Shown here piece after piece: positions 1 through 13,000 of a stretch of DNA of 64,000 nucleotides; positions within the stretch are counted from its first letter, which is position 1, and the number at the start of each line of letters is the position of its first letter. The position numbers and the translations under genes were made by a program. The notes beneath the pieces are model-generated. The model was not told the origin of the DNA. It searched no databases and saw only the letters and a list, made by a program, of their open reading frames with translations. The stretch covers positions 44,082,001 through 44,146,000 of the forward strand of contig NC_086378.1 of NCBI RefSeq assembly GCF_036588685.1, read 5' to 3'. This DNA is from Mytilus trossulus (taxonomy: Eukaryota).

Positions 1-683
1 AAAATATCTATAATTCAGATACACCATGATATAATATTACACCAGCTGCCAACTACGGAAAAAAAGTTTCATAAAATATATGTATTCATACCCCTAGTTA
101 GAAGGTTAAAGATTGCACAACATCTGTTTCACAATACACGACTTATTTTTTTGAGAAATAGGATATTCATAGATATTTTATTTTGTTTACGTACTGGTTC
201 ACTGCGATGATCTCTATGCTTAATCTCGTAAAAGACCTAACGTGACGTTAGAGGAAGTGCAACATTATAAAAAGTTTAAAGTCTTAGGTAATATAATCCT
301 TTTAATATGCCGCACAGCCCTTTGTTTTGAACTGTGAATAAAAAAGAAGCGAATATCAATTTTCCATTCTAGGATATCATTCTGTACGCATATCATAGTA
401 AAAGTGGCATAGTTTTAATCGTAAGGGAGTTTTTAATGGAAATAACCTTGTCTATATGAATATAAGTGCAACGTTTAAGAGTTGGTGGGTTAACAATTAC
501 AAAGCTCTAAGTAGGTGTTTAAAATCATTAATTTTATGATAAATTATATTGCATTTACAACATTCAATCAAAAGTGATGTTGACAAATCAACTTTATAAA
601 AAATTAAAACATAATGCTTATGGAATAATCAGTGCTCAGTAATGTGAGCTTCATTGTATTACACAAAAGTATCCATATTGCAG

Positions 684-1022
684 GTGCACCTGTACATCTT
701 GGTGGGGATATAATCAGATATGCAAATATTGGTGAAGATATTATAATTTCAACTGTAATTTACAATGGACATGGAAAATGCATTAATGCGAGTATCCAAT
801 CGAAAAGAAAAATTATTCATAATCACAAAATAAACAGAAGTTTTGTTATGGTACGGAAGTTGTTTCATGGTTCAAATATAACACTGAATGCTTCCGAAGT
901 TTCTTTTCAACTAGATCTGGTGACCCAGAAGTATTTCACAAAATACATTCTTAAAATCTGCAACAAATATGGATGCACAGATATCAAAATAAATATTAAA
1001 ATTGATACATCAAAAAATCAAG
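684..1022 (+). CDS. Gene 1 exon: Ig-like extracellular domain (113 codons, phase 1-1)
   Basis: cag|GT..CAAG|gtatg. Translation GAPVHLGG...FTKYILKICNKYGCTDIKINIKI; the Y-x-L-x-x-x-N-x-x-G pattern matches Ig F/G strands. Confidence 0.7.
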
Positions 1023-4000
1023 GTATGCTTAAGAGTATTTCTTAAAAATGTGTAAGATAATTTGAATAGGTAAACATATAATAACAATTTCTAGTTGTCA
1101 TGCATTAGAATGAAAAGATAGATGTGGATTATACGCAAATGAGACAAAAACCCAACGGCTTATCAAAACAAAAACTTAAAACAGAACAAAACAAAGCGAT
1201 TGAGACATAATAGGTCATTAATTATTATACAAAAATGTCTTCCCAATAGTTTAAGCCTTCTTGCTAATCGACCAATTTTGGGCCTACAAATAAAAATAAA
1301 AAGTTTATAAATAAAATCTTCTTGTTTTATTTAATTTCAAATTCTCCTACAGCACATCGATAAATAAAGTCAAAGTTGAATTTCATAATCAGCATTGGAG
1401 AAGTGATACTTTTGATTTTTTAACCCTGTATGCGTTTGTTGCCTATTTAAATTTTAAAATTGTTTATAATCCTGGTACTTTTGATAACTATTGTATGCAC
1501 ATTGAACGACAAATGTATGTGACGTATATAATTTTTCTGACGTCAGACACTCAAATCAATCCATGTGTTCGTAGATAGTAGATGTTTTTGTGTCCTGTTA
1601 AATTGTTATACGATGATGACTGATGTACCCATATTTTGACTATTTTATTAATTGTGACTGTTTATTTAACGCATCATGTAAATGTAGCGGAATTTGATGA
1701 GACTGTTATTAAAGTGAGAGGGTTAGCGCTATAGAACCAGGTTTAATCCACCATTTTCTACATTTGAAAATGCCTGTACCAAGTCAGGAATATAACAGTT
1801 CTTGTCCATTCGTTTTTTATGCGTTTTGTTTTTTGATTTTGCCATGTGATTATGGACTTTCCAAATTGATTTTCCTCTGAGTTCAGTATTTTTGTGATTT
1901 TACTTTTTTCTAGCGTCCAAAAATAAGTAAAACTATTGATAATTGTTATTTCATTTAACGATTCCTAATGTGATTGTTGATGGGATATTTTGTAGTATAC
2001 ACTAGTATACGAGTTCTTAAAATTACTTGCTACATTCAGAAAGTACAAGAGGAAAATACCAAGACGTAGAAATAGTTATAGCAGCGTTAGCAGTTTTGTT
2101 TATTCTAGCATTTGGAATGGCTGTTGTGTATTGGAAAAAAGGTAATTCTGTATACGAAAATGTTCTATGAAAAGATAGGTGTACACAGGAGGTTCTGGTT
2201 TTGTTTGAAATTATGATTTTATCAGCTATTAAATCTTTCAAAGTCTAGGATTTTACTCATTCAGTTATAATTAAAAAACAAAAGCTTGAAACTATTTTTT
2301 ATTTCAAACTTTTATATTTCGATTTTTTTTTATTATACATGGAAAGTTGATTATGTGGTGCCAAACCAGCAAAGAGACAAATAACTACCATAATTCGTTT
2401 TTCAATTCTATGTTTAATTAAAATGATATCTACATTTCACGAATCTACGAAAATTCAAAAGTGTGACAGATGAAGGCAACAGTAGTTTACGTCTGTTCAA
2501 AAGTAATAAAAATCCTAACTAGTTTTACATAAGGACAAACAAGTTTACATTTGTAACCAAATATGTAATCACACATTTGGTTCCGCACTTATGAAAGTTA
2601 CATCAATATGTTCGAGGGTCAAATATATGTATGAGTTACTAAACAATCATTTTACTGAATGTGGATCAGTCCAATAACTAAAAGTAAATGTGCAAATCGT
2701 AACATAAAAAAGAAGAAAAAAAAAGTGTAAATAATTGGTAACATACATTACAAACATTGAACCGATGAAACATTCTCAAGACTACCATTGGCTGTGTCAG
2801 AGTTGGCTGGCATTTGATTGTTGATTGCTTAGGTTTCAGCAGCAAATTTTTTAAGCATATATTCAAGACAGGAATAATATACATTGGATGAATGGCATTG
2901 AATTTCGACTGCTTCTCGTAAAAGAGATGAATTTAAATAGGACAGAAATTTAGTTGACAACAAGTCACCTGGGAACCATTGATTGAGTTTTAAAAGAATT
3001 ATATAATATGCATGAGAGCGTGACACCAGAGTTTAAAAGACAAAACGTGTCCGCGCTTATACACAATGTACGTACTAAATAATACTCAGCCCTAAATAGG
3101 TGCCCCTCTTAAAAGAAGTCTACGACCTGGTTCTTCGTCTCTGCTAAAACCTTAAATATCAAAACAATGGGTAAAAATGTAACCAGATTGTGTTTTCTGT
3201 AGTTCATCATGTACATTGTAGTTAAATTATGGAAAATAATATATAAGTACAATTTACTTGTGTCTAATCCATTTTGCTTTAATTCAGCAAGTAGAATATG
3301 CTTAAACTAAGTTTAAATTACAAATCTTTGTTCAATTGTTGTTTAAATAATTCAGTCAATCATGATTTTAATTTTGAAACTATAAATTTCCCCCACCTTA
3401 GTAGCAATATACCAACCTCACCTGCATATGGAATATATATTTCCCAACTTATTGCAGCTCCTACCCAGACTTTGTAAAACGTCATCAGTGACTGAGAAGA
3501 AAGTTGATAAACCAGGGGAATGTCAAAGAACGTCTCGTCCTTTTTCTAAAAAGTTCATAGGAAGGTACCAAGACATTGTTGATAAATATTCCGTATCAAC
3601 TTCTCAAATAATACACGATGGTCTTGATGTATAGATTCTGCGTACTGAAGTTGTTTATCATCTTAACAACGTGTTTTATTGTTCTTTCATTTGTCTTTGT
3701 TTTATTATTAGTATTAATTATACTGTGGAATTGTTTTATGCGATATCCGTTTCACGTGGCTCGGTACTTATTCATCTCGTCCATGTGTTTGTATTAGCTT
3801 TCATTTTTTGGTGGTTTGTTTTGTATATGCGATTTTTTGTATTTCTTTTGTTCTTATATTGTGACTCTATACTTTAAAAGATCCTGTCAGTATATTGTTC
3901 TATTATATGTCATTATGATATATTTCTATTATGAATTATTATATACGTTGAACCATAAACGTCAAAATCATTCAATCGCGTAGTGGAATTAACTATTTTT

Positions 4001-7000
4001 GAATTCTCATCAATTCTATATAGTAGTGTAACTTTTTGGACTAGTTTAAATCTCGGTCTATTTCTGAAATTTATTCTTACATACTTTTGATTTTTTAACC
4101 CTGTATGCTAACATTGCCTATGTAAATTTTGAAATTGTTTGTTTGCAGACACTCAAATCAACCATGTGTCCGTAGATAGTATTTTTTTTTTGTTCTCTTA
4201 AATTGTTCCTTTTAAAATTGTTATACGATGATGACTGATGTACCCATATTTGGACTATTTTATTTATTGTGTCTATTTATTTAACGCATCAATGTAAATA
4301 TAACGGAATTTGATGAGACTGTCATTAATATCCCAGTCCCACTAGGCCACGATCGCACTACGATCTGTGAAAAAAAATGCAAGTTTAGATGATATTAGTA
4401 CGATCGTGTAGAACGCAGTAAGGTCGTATCACGGTCGTGGTGAGGTCTTCAAGATCGTGATGAGCGTGGCAAACTTTGAACATGTTCAAAACAATCGTGG
4501 GGCGGTCGTGGCGAAATCAGGCCGTAGTAGAAGCGTAGTGAGAGCGCACTAAGATCGTAGTAAGATCGCAAAGATCGCTGTACCATCGTTGTAAGAGCGT
4601 AGCGAAAGCGTGATTATATTCGAAGAAACTGCGCTACGATCTCATTGCGATGTTATTACGACCTCACTACGATCATCACGTTCTCACCGCGACCAAACTA
4701 CGATTCCACTACGACTATACCACGCTGTTCACGATCATAGTACGATTCTAGCACGCCCTTGCCGTCCTCATCACGCTCTTCTTATGACCTGACTACGTTC
4801 ATACTACGACCTTTATTCTCATTGTCATTTTCCCATAAAGTATATTAATTCTCCTCAGGTTTTGTTTGTCTTTATGTAATTGGGACTTCTTGTCCATTTT
4901 CTCTAACGGCTCAACCATGCTTATAGTTTTCATATAGATTATACCTTTGGTTTTCCCGTTTGAATGGTTTTACACTTGTAGTTTTTGGGGCCTTTTATAT
5001 CTTGCTGTTCGGTGTAAGCCAAGGCTCCGTGTTGAATGCCGTATCTTGGCCTATAATTGTTACTTTTAAAAATTGTTACTTGGATTGAGAGTTGTTTCAT
5101 TGGCACTCATACCACATCTTCCTATATCTATTGACACATCTGTTTCATATCTGCTATCGTTCGCTAAACTATCCTCATTTCAGCTTTATGGACCAGCAAT
5201 AGGTTGTAATTTAGGTCCATCTGTCTCTTCATCAACCCTAACACCACGCCCACGTGTTCTAGTATATTTTGGTGGCATTTTCCGAGAAATCTTCGTATTA
5301 CTCAGAAATAGAACTGAAGGAATGATAGTGTATTGATATGGAACACGATGTTGACGTTATTGCTGAGAGCGTAGAACGATCGTGCATTAAACGTAGTGTA
5401 GTCGTGGTAAGAACGTGCTATAATGGCAGTAGAAGCGTGGTAAAATCGTGTTGCAATCGGATAACTCGTGGTATGGTCGTAGTGAGAACGTGATTAGCGT
5501 AGAAAGGTCTTGATAAGCGTAGTAAGGTCGCAGAATAAGCGCGATGAGAAAGTGTTATAATCGTAGCGGGATCGTTTCAGAAGCGTAATGAAGACGTAGT
5601 AGCAACGTGAAAGCAACGAAAATTTACATTTTCATGCCGCTCATACCGCGACATCACCACGATCTGAATTTAATTTAGAACGCGGTGAGCGTGGTGCGAT
5701 CGTGATCTAGTGGGACTGGGGCATAAAGTGAAAGGAATAGCGCTATAGAACCAGGTTAAATCCACCATTTTCTACTTTTGAAAATGCCTGTACCAAGTCA
5801 GGAAAATGACAGTTCATGTCCATTTGTTTTTAATTCGTTTTGTTATTTGATTTTGCCATGCGATTATTGACTTTCCGAATTGATTTTCCTCTGAGTTCAG
5901 TATTTTTGTGATTTCACTTTTTGCTCCGGATATTTCATTGTATTTCCCCTTAACCCACGTTTTGCTTAAACATGCAATCTTTATTTATAAAATAAAAGTG
6001 ATTAGAAAAGCGACACCTAAATGTTTCTGCTAACATATACATTAGAATCGTGCATAATGTTTTAATGTGACAATTTAATTCAATTTTACAGCAAATAACA
6101 AAGATAAAAGCACTCTAAGGTAAGAACAATGATTGTATGCATTCTCTTCTTTTAAATAACCTAGTAAATACAAAAAAAAAAACTAAAAAAAAAATGTAAT
6201 AGTAATAATGAGATGACCATATGTACGTTTTCGACATGATTTTAATAAGACACATTTTCACTTATTGTTAAAATCCTTACACAGTAATTTTGTCCTGAAT
6301 ATACTTATGTAATTTAAGCTAAATGATATGAATGAACGACTAGTGCTGTTATTTTACTTTCAGTCCAACAGAGGACCCAGGGGAAGAAACTCAAGGTAGT
6401 TATACAATGTATTTGATACTTACATGAAACATGATTTTTTTGCCACTTTGTGCCGTAAACGGGCGATAAATACAGCCAGACAGGTTAACAAAGTTTGCTA
6501 AGGAACATGTTTCACAGGTTGGAGTTTCTCGATGTGGTTTTTAAATATTTCTCGTTTCCCGATTTTTATACAGATTAGACCGTTGGTTTTTCCTATTTGA
6601 ATTGTTTAACACCAGTTATATTGGGCTCTTTATAGCGTGCTGTTCGGTGAAAGCGAAGGCTCTAAGCTTAAGACTGTACACAAATGGATAAATGTCGCAT
6701 TTGCACTCATACCACATCTTCTTATTTATATATGTACGCATAGTATGCAGGTTTGATTTCCTTGCGGACAAATAAGTTTGGATAAACATATAAATATATA
6801 TAAAAGGTATGTTCATAAACTAAGCCAAACATGTTATCAAATAATTTAGGACATGAAAACTTAATGGTTGAAACAGTTATTGAACAGTCATTGTCAACTA
6901 AATCAATTTTGTCCGAGGGAATTGCAACCTTAGTTTAAGTTGCACTTCTGTTATTATAGACAATTCCATTTCCATAGGAACTCATTAAAAGCTTAAACTG

Positions 7001-10000
7001 AGCAACTTTTAATATGATAAAAGGTTATACCGAAAAATGGAAACTTTATATTTCTACAATTTATTTCAAAGATTAAAACATAGGACTGTGTGGCATATTT
7101 TCAACTTTTATATGTGCCTCGAACTTAAAAGAGTTAACATTGATAAAAAAAAAATTGCACTTCTTGTACTTCTCTTCCCTTCACGTTTTTTTCCCTCAGA
7201 ATCAATTTGGCCGCTATTCATGTGTATGTATATAAGTAAAATTCCCAAATTGTGTCTGTATGAGATCAAACATAAGATGATATTTGGGAACCACTAGGTA
7301 AACAAAACAATATATCCATAAATATTTCATTCTCCCAAAAAGAGATGTGGATTGTGAAACAGCTATACAATCTTGAGTGTAATTTCATTGAGTTAACGAA
7401 GACAGCAAATATATAAGTATGTGATACCTCTTTGGCCGACGTTATGATTTAAAAAAAGAGAAGACACTCTAAAATATAGTAGGGTAAAGTTAAATCATAC
7501 GTATACCAATTTGGTAACCAGTTGATATATACTATTACCACATCAAGGGTACGTTAACAACCAAAATAATTTTTTTATGAGGAGGTTAAACAAATGACTG
7601 ACTTAAATTGTAAACATGCACTGATTATACACAATAGAATCAAGAAACAAGCAGAATTGCTTATTGTGTATTTTACACTTACGATTGAAATTTCGTAAAA
7701 TCAAATACCAAAACGACCAAATTCTTAAAATATCTACTAAATATACCACTTTGATATTTTTATCTATGTCATAGTACTCAGTTTCAGTCTTTTTTTAAAC
7801 ACAGTTCTATAATTGTTTAATTGAATTTTATGTTTTAATTTATTGAAATCGGTAGAAAATCGACTGTTCCAGTCGAGAGAGATTATGAATTCGGATAACC
7901 CTGCCCATGTTTTACAAGCACAAGCTATGATGAGATATGTGTACGATGCATCAAGTAGTCAAGCTGAATCAACTAGGAATGATCAAAGTAATATATTTTT
8001 ATAAAAAATCAATATTTCAGGTCTTGATTTCAATTACAATGAACAGGACTAACCTTCATATTAATGTCTGTGTCGTAAACATCGAAGTAGGTTTTTTATT
8101 CGCTCGTCCTTGTTCTTCCGTCCATCAATCCCTTTTCCCGACTATCTATTGGTTTGTCCATTCGTCTGAAAGACTTTTGATAAAACAAAAACTATCGGTA
8201 AAATTGTGTTAAATAGAAGCGAGTCAATTTATATTTACTCTACAGCTTACTACTGTTGAGTTTTAGCAGGTGTATCTGTCGTACAACAACTTTATTTTTT
8301 CGAAAGTTTAAACACTTATATTACAATTTTTTTTGTCATTGCACTTTTCTTTTCTGCTATTATACAACGGAATGATTTTATATTTTGTGTGTAGCATCAT
8401 AAAGATGGTCGTAGCGAGTAAGCAACATCTGCCGCCCAGTCATTTCTTGCTTGCAGGTATTTTACAATTTGACTACACTACACTTATGATTCATAACGCA
8501 TTTTATGTTAAACAATTTTATTCAGTGACACAGGTCTAGACACGTTACCTGTCTTGTGTAAAACTAGATGTAGTGGTAATTTAAATCAATCGAATATAAT
8601 TTAACGAATGTTCATACCGGATTTGTTATCTAGATTAATAATCAACACGACGGGTGCCACATGTGGAACAGGATCTGCTTACCCTTCCGGAGCACCTGAG
8701 ATCACCCCTAGTTTTTTGTCGGGTTCGTGTTGTCTATTCTTTAGTTTTCTATGTTGTGTCATGTGTACTATTGCTTGTCTGTTTGTCCTTTACATTTTTA
8801 TACGCCCGTCAAAATTTTGACGAGCGTAATTATGTCGCACCGTAACTTGAGAACGACTTATCCAAATTTCATGAAACTTAATATAGTTGTTTCTTATGAT
8901 GGTCAAATGATCTGTATACTTTTTGGTGAAAATTAGATTTAAACTTTTTGATTTACGGCACTTTGTAACTAAAACAGGGGTGTGTTTTTTCACATTTCGC
9001 ACTGTATCTCAAAAACGATTCTTGATTATGGCTTAAAACTTTAAACACTTCTTAGTTATATTAATCCTAATATCTGTATACTTTTTGTTGATGATTCAAA
9101 ATTTAATTTTTGAGTTATTGAGTATTTTGTAAAAAAGTGGGAGAGTTTTTTTAAAAGGCGCGCCATATCTCAAAATCGATTTATGATTATTGCTACAAAC
9201 TTTACACATGTCTTTGTTATATTAATCTTAAGATCTGTATACTTTTTAATGATGATTCAAAATTTTATTTTTGAGTTATTGAGTATTTTGTTCCTGTTGC
9301 GCCGTATCTAAAAAATAATTTATGATTATTGCTTAAAAGTTTACACACTTCTTTGTTATATTAATCTAAAGATCTGTATACTTTTTGGTTTTGATTCAAA
9401 ATTTTATTTTAGTGATATTTAGTTTTTTGTAAAAAAAACCCACCAGGGTGGGGGTTTCTCGCCGTGTCTCAAAAACTATATATGGTTATTGCTTAAAACT
9501 TTCTCAGAAACTATTTATGATTATTGCATATAACTTCCACAAAAGACTAGTTTAAATCTCGGTCTATTTCTGAAATTTATTCTTACATACTTTCGATTTT
9601 TTAACCCTGTATGCTAACATTGCCTATGTAAATTTTGAAATTGTTTGTTTGCAGACACTCAAATCAACCATGTGTCCGTAGATAGTATTTTTTTTTTGTT
9701 CTCTTAAATTTTTCCTTTTAAAATTGTTATACGATGATGACTGATGTACCCATATTTGGACTATTTTATTTATTGTGTCTATTTATTTAACGCATCAATG
9801 TAAATATAACGGAATTTGATGAGACTGTCATTAATATCCCAGTCCCACTAGGCCACGATCGCACTACGATCTGTGAAAAAAAATGCAAGTTTAGATGATC
9901 GTAGTACGATCGTGTAGAACGCAGTAAGGTCGTATCACGGTCGTGGTGAGGTCTTCAAGATCGTGATGAGCGTGGCAAACTTTGAACATGTTCAAAACAA

Positions 10001-13000
10001 TCGTGGGGCGGTCGTGGCGAAATCAGGCCGTAGTAGAAGCGTAGTGAGAGCGCACTAAGATCGTAGTAAGATCGCAAAGATCGCTGTACCATCGTTGTGA
10101 GAGCGTAGCGAAAGCGTGATTATATTCGAAGAAACTGCGCTACGATCTCATTGCGATGTTATTAAGACCTCACTACGATCATCACGTTCTCACCGCGACC
10201 AAACTACGATTCCACTACGACTATACCACGCTGTTCACGATCATAGTACGATTCTAGCACGCCCTTGCCGTCCTCATCACGCTCTTCTTACGACCTGACT
10301 ACGTTCATACTACGACCTTTATTCTCATTGTCATTTTCCCATAAAGTATATTAATTCTCCTCAGGTTTTGTTTGTCTTTATGTAATTGGGACTTCTTGTC
10401 CATTTTCTCTAACGGCTCAACCATGCTTATAGTTTTCATATAGATTATACCTTTGGTTTTCCCGTTTGAATGGTTTTACACTTGTAGTTTTTGGGGCCTT
10501 TTATATCTTGCTGTTCGGTGTAAGCCAAGGCTCCGTGTTGAATGCCGTATCTTGGCCTATAATTGTTACTTTTAAAAATTGTTACTTGGATTGAGAGTTG
10601 TTTCATTGGCACTCATACCACATCTTCCTATATCTATTGATACATCTGTTTCATATCTGCTATCGTTCGCTAAACTATCCTCATTTCAGCTTTATGGACC
10701 AGCAATAGGTTGTAATGTAGGTCCATCTGTCTCTTCATCAACCCTAACACCACGCCCACGTGTTCTAGTATATTTTGGTGGCATTTTCCGAGAAATCTTC
10801 GTATTACTCAGAAATAGAACTGAAGGAATGATAGTGTATTGATATGGAACACGATGTTGACGTTATTGCTGAGAGCGTAGAACGATCGTGCATTAAACGT
10901 AGTGTAGTCGTGGTAAGAACGTGCTATAATGGCAGTAGAAGCGTGGTAAAATCGTGTTGCAATCGGATAACTCGTGGTATGGTCGTAGTGAGAACGTGAT
11001 TAGCGTAGAAAGGTCTTGATAAGCGTAGTAAGGTCGCAGAATAAGCGCGATGAGCAAGTGTTATAATCGTAGCGGGATCGTTTCAGAAGCGTAATGAAGA
11101 CGTAGTAGCAACGTGAAAGCAACGAAAATTTACATTTTCATGCCGCTCATACCGCGACATCACCACGATCTGAATTTAATTTAGAACGCGGTGAGCGTGG
11201 TGCGATCGTGATCTAGTGGGACTGGGGCATAAAGTGAAAGGAATAGCGCTATAGAACCAGGTTAAATCCACCATTTTCTACTTTTGAAAATGCCTGTACC
11301 AAGTCAGGAAAATGACAGTTCATGTCCATTTGTTTTTAATTCGTTTTGTTATTTGATTTTGCCATGCGATTATTGACTTTCCGAATTGATTTTCCTCTGA
11401 GTTCAGTATTTTTGTGATTTCACTTTTTGCTCCGGATATTTCATTGTATTTCCCCTTAACCCACGTTTTGCTTAAACATGCGATCTTTATTTATAAAATA
11501 AAAGTGATTAGAAAAGCGACACCTAAATGTTTCTGCTAACATATACATTAGAATCGTGCATAATGTTTTAATGTGACAATTTAATTCAATTTTACAGCAA
11601 ATAACAAAGATAAAAGCACTCTAAGGTAAGAACAATGATTGTATGCATTCTCTTCTTTTAAATAACCTAGTAAATACCAAAAAAAAACTAAAGAAAAAAT
11701 GTAATAGTAATAATGAGATGACCATATGTACGTTTTCGACATGATTTTAATAAGACACATTTTCACTTATTGTTAAAATCCTTACACAGTAATTTTGTCC
11801 TGAATATACTTATGTAATTTAAGCTAAATGATATGAATGAACGACTAGTGCTGTTATTTTACTTTCAGTCCAACAGAGGACCCAGGGGAAGAAACTCAAG
11901 GTAGTTATACAATGTATTTGATACTTACATGAAACATGATTTTTTTGCCACTTTGTGCCGTAAACGGGCGATAAATACAGCCAGACAGGTTAACAAAGTT
12001 TGCTAAGGAACATGTTTCACAGGTTGGAGTTTCTCGATGTGGTTTTTAAATATTTCTCGTTTCCCGATTTTTATACAGATTAGACCGTTGGTTTTTCCTA
12101 TTTGAATTGTTTAACACCAGTTATATTGGGCTCTTTATAGCGTGCTGTTCGGTGAAAGCGAAGGCTCTAAGCTTAAGACTGTACACAAATGGATAAATGT
12201 CGCATTTGCACTCATACCACATCTTCTTATTTATATATGTACGCATAGTATGCAGGTTTGATTTCCTTGCGGACAAATAAGTTTGGATAAACATATAAAT
12301 ATATATAAAAGGTATGTTCATAAACTAAGCCAAACATGTTATCAAATAATTTAGGACATGAAAACTTAATGGTTGAAACAGTTATTGAACAGTCATTGTC
12401 AACTAAATCAATTTTGTCCGAGGGAATTGCAACCTTAGTTTAAGTTGCACTTCTGTTATTATAGACAATTCCATTTCCATAGGAACTCATTAAAAGCTTA
12501 AACTGAGCAACTTTTAATATGATAAAAGGTTATACCGAAAAATGGAAACTTTATATTTCTACAATTTATTTCAAAGATTAAAACATAGGACTGTGTGGCA
12601 TATTTTCAACTTTTATATGTGCCTCGAACTTAAAAGAGTTAACATTGATAAAAAAAAAATTGCACTTCTTGTACTTCTCTTCCCTTCACGTTTTTTTCCC
12701 TCAGAATCAATTTGGCCGCTATTCATGTGTATGTATATAAGTAAAATTCCCAAATTGTGTCTGTATGAGATCAAACATAAGATGATATTTGGGAACCACT
12801 AGGTAAGCAAAACAATATATCCATAAATATTTCATTCTCCCAAAAAGAGATGTGGATTGTGAAACAGCTATACAATCTTGAGTGTAATTTCATTGAGTTA
12901 ACAAAGACAGCAAATATATAAGTATGTGATACCTCTTTGGCCGACGTTATGATTTAAAAAAAGAGAAGACACTCTAAAATATAGTAGGGTAAAGTTAAAT

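Larger units (their letters stand above)
4039..9547 (+). repeat. 5.5-kb tandem segmental duplication, copy 1
   Basis: Sequence recurs at 9545-15050 with only scattered substitutions and small indels; the ORF track also duplicates. Confidence 0.95.

Noticed and set aside
4610-5336. ORFs of 60-87 aa inside the Harbinger-like element (and duplicates at 10116-10842)
   Set aside because: They arise from low-stop repetitive TE sequence and show no recognisable protein motifs.
8608-9002. Cluster of overlapping short ORFs with hydrophobic stretches (also 14111-14505, 42293-42599)
   Set aside because: They are translations of the retroelement tail and HINE repeats, open in several frames at once.
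8950-9540. Regularly spaced repeats resembling a CRISPR array
   Set aside because: Whole ~120-bp units repeat without unique spacers, the context is eukaryotic, and there are no cas genes.
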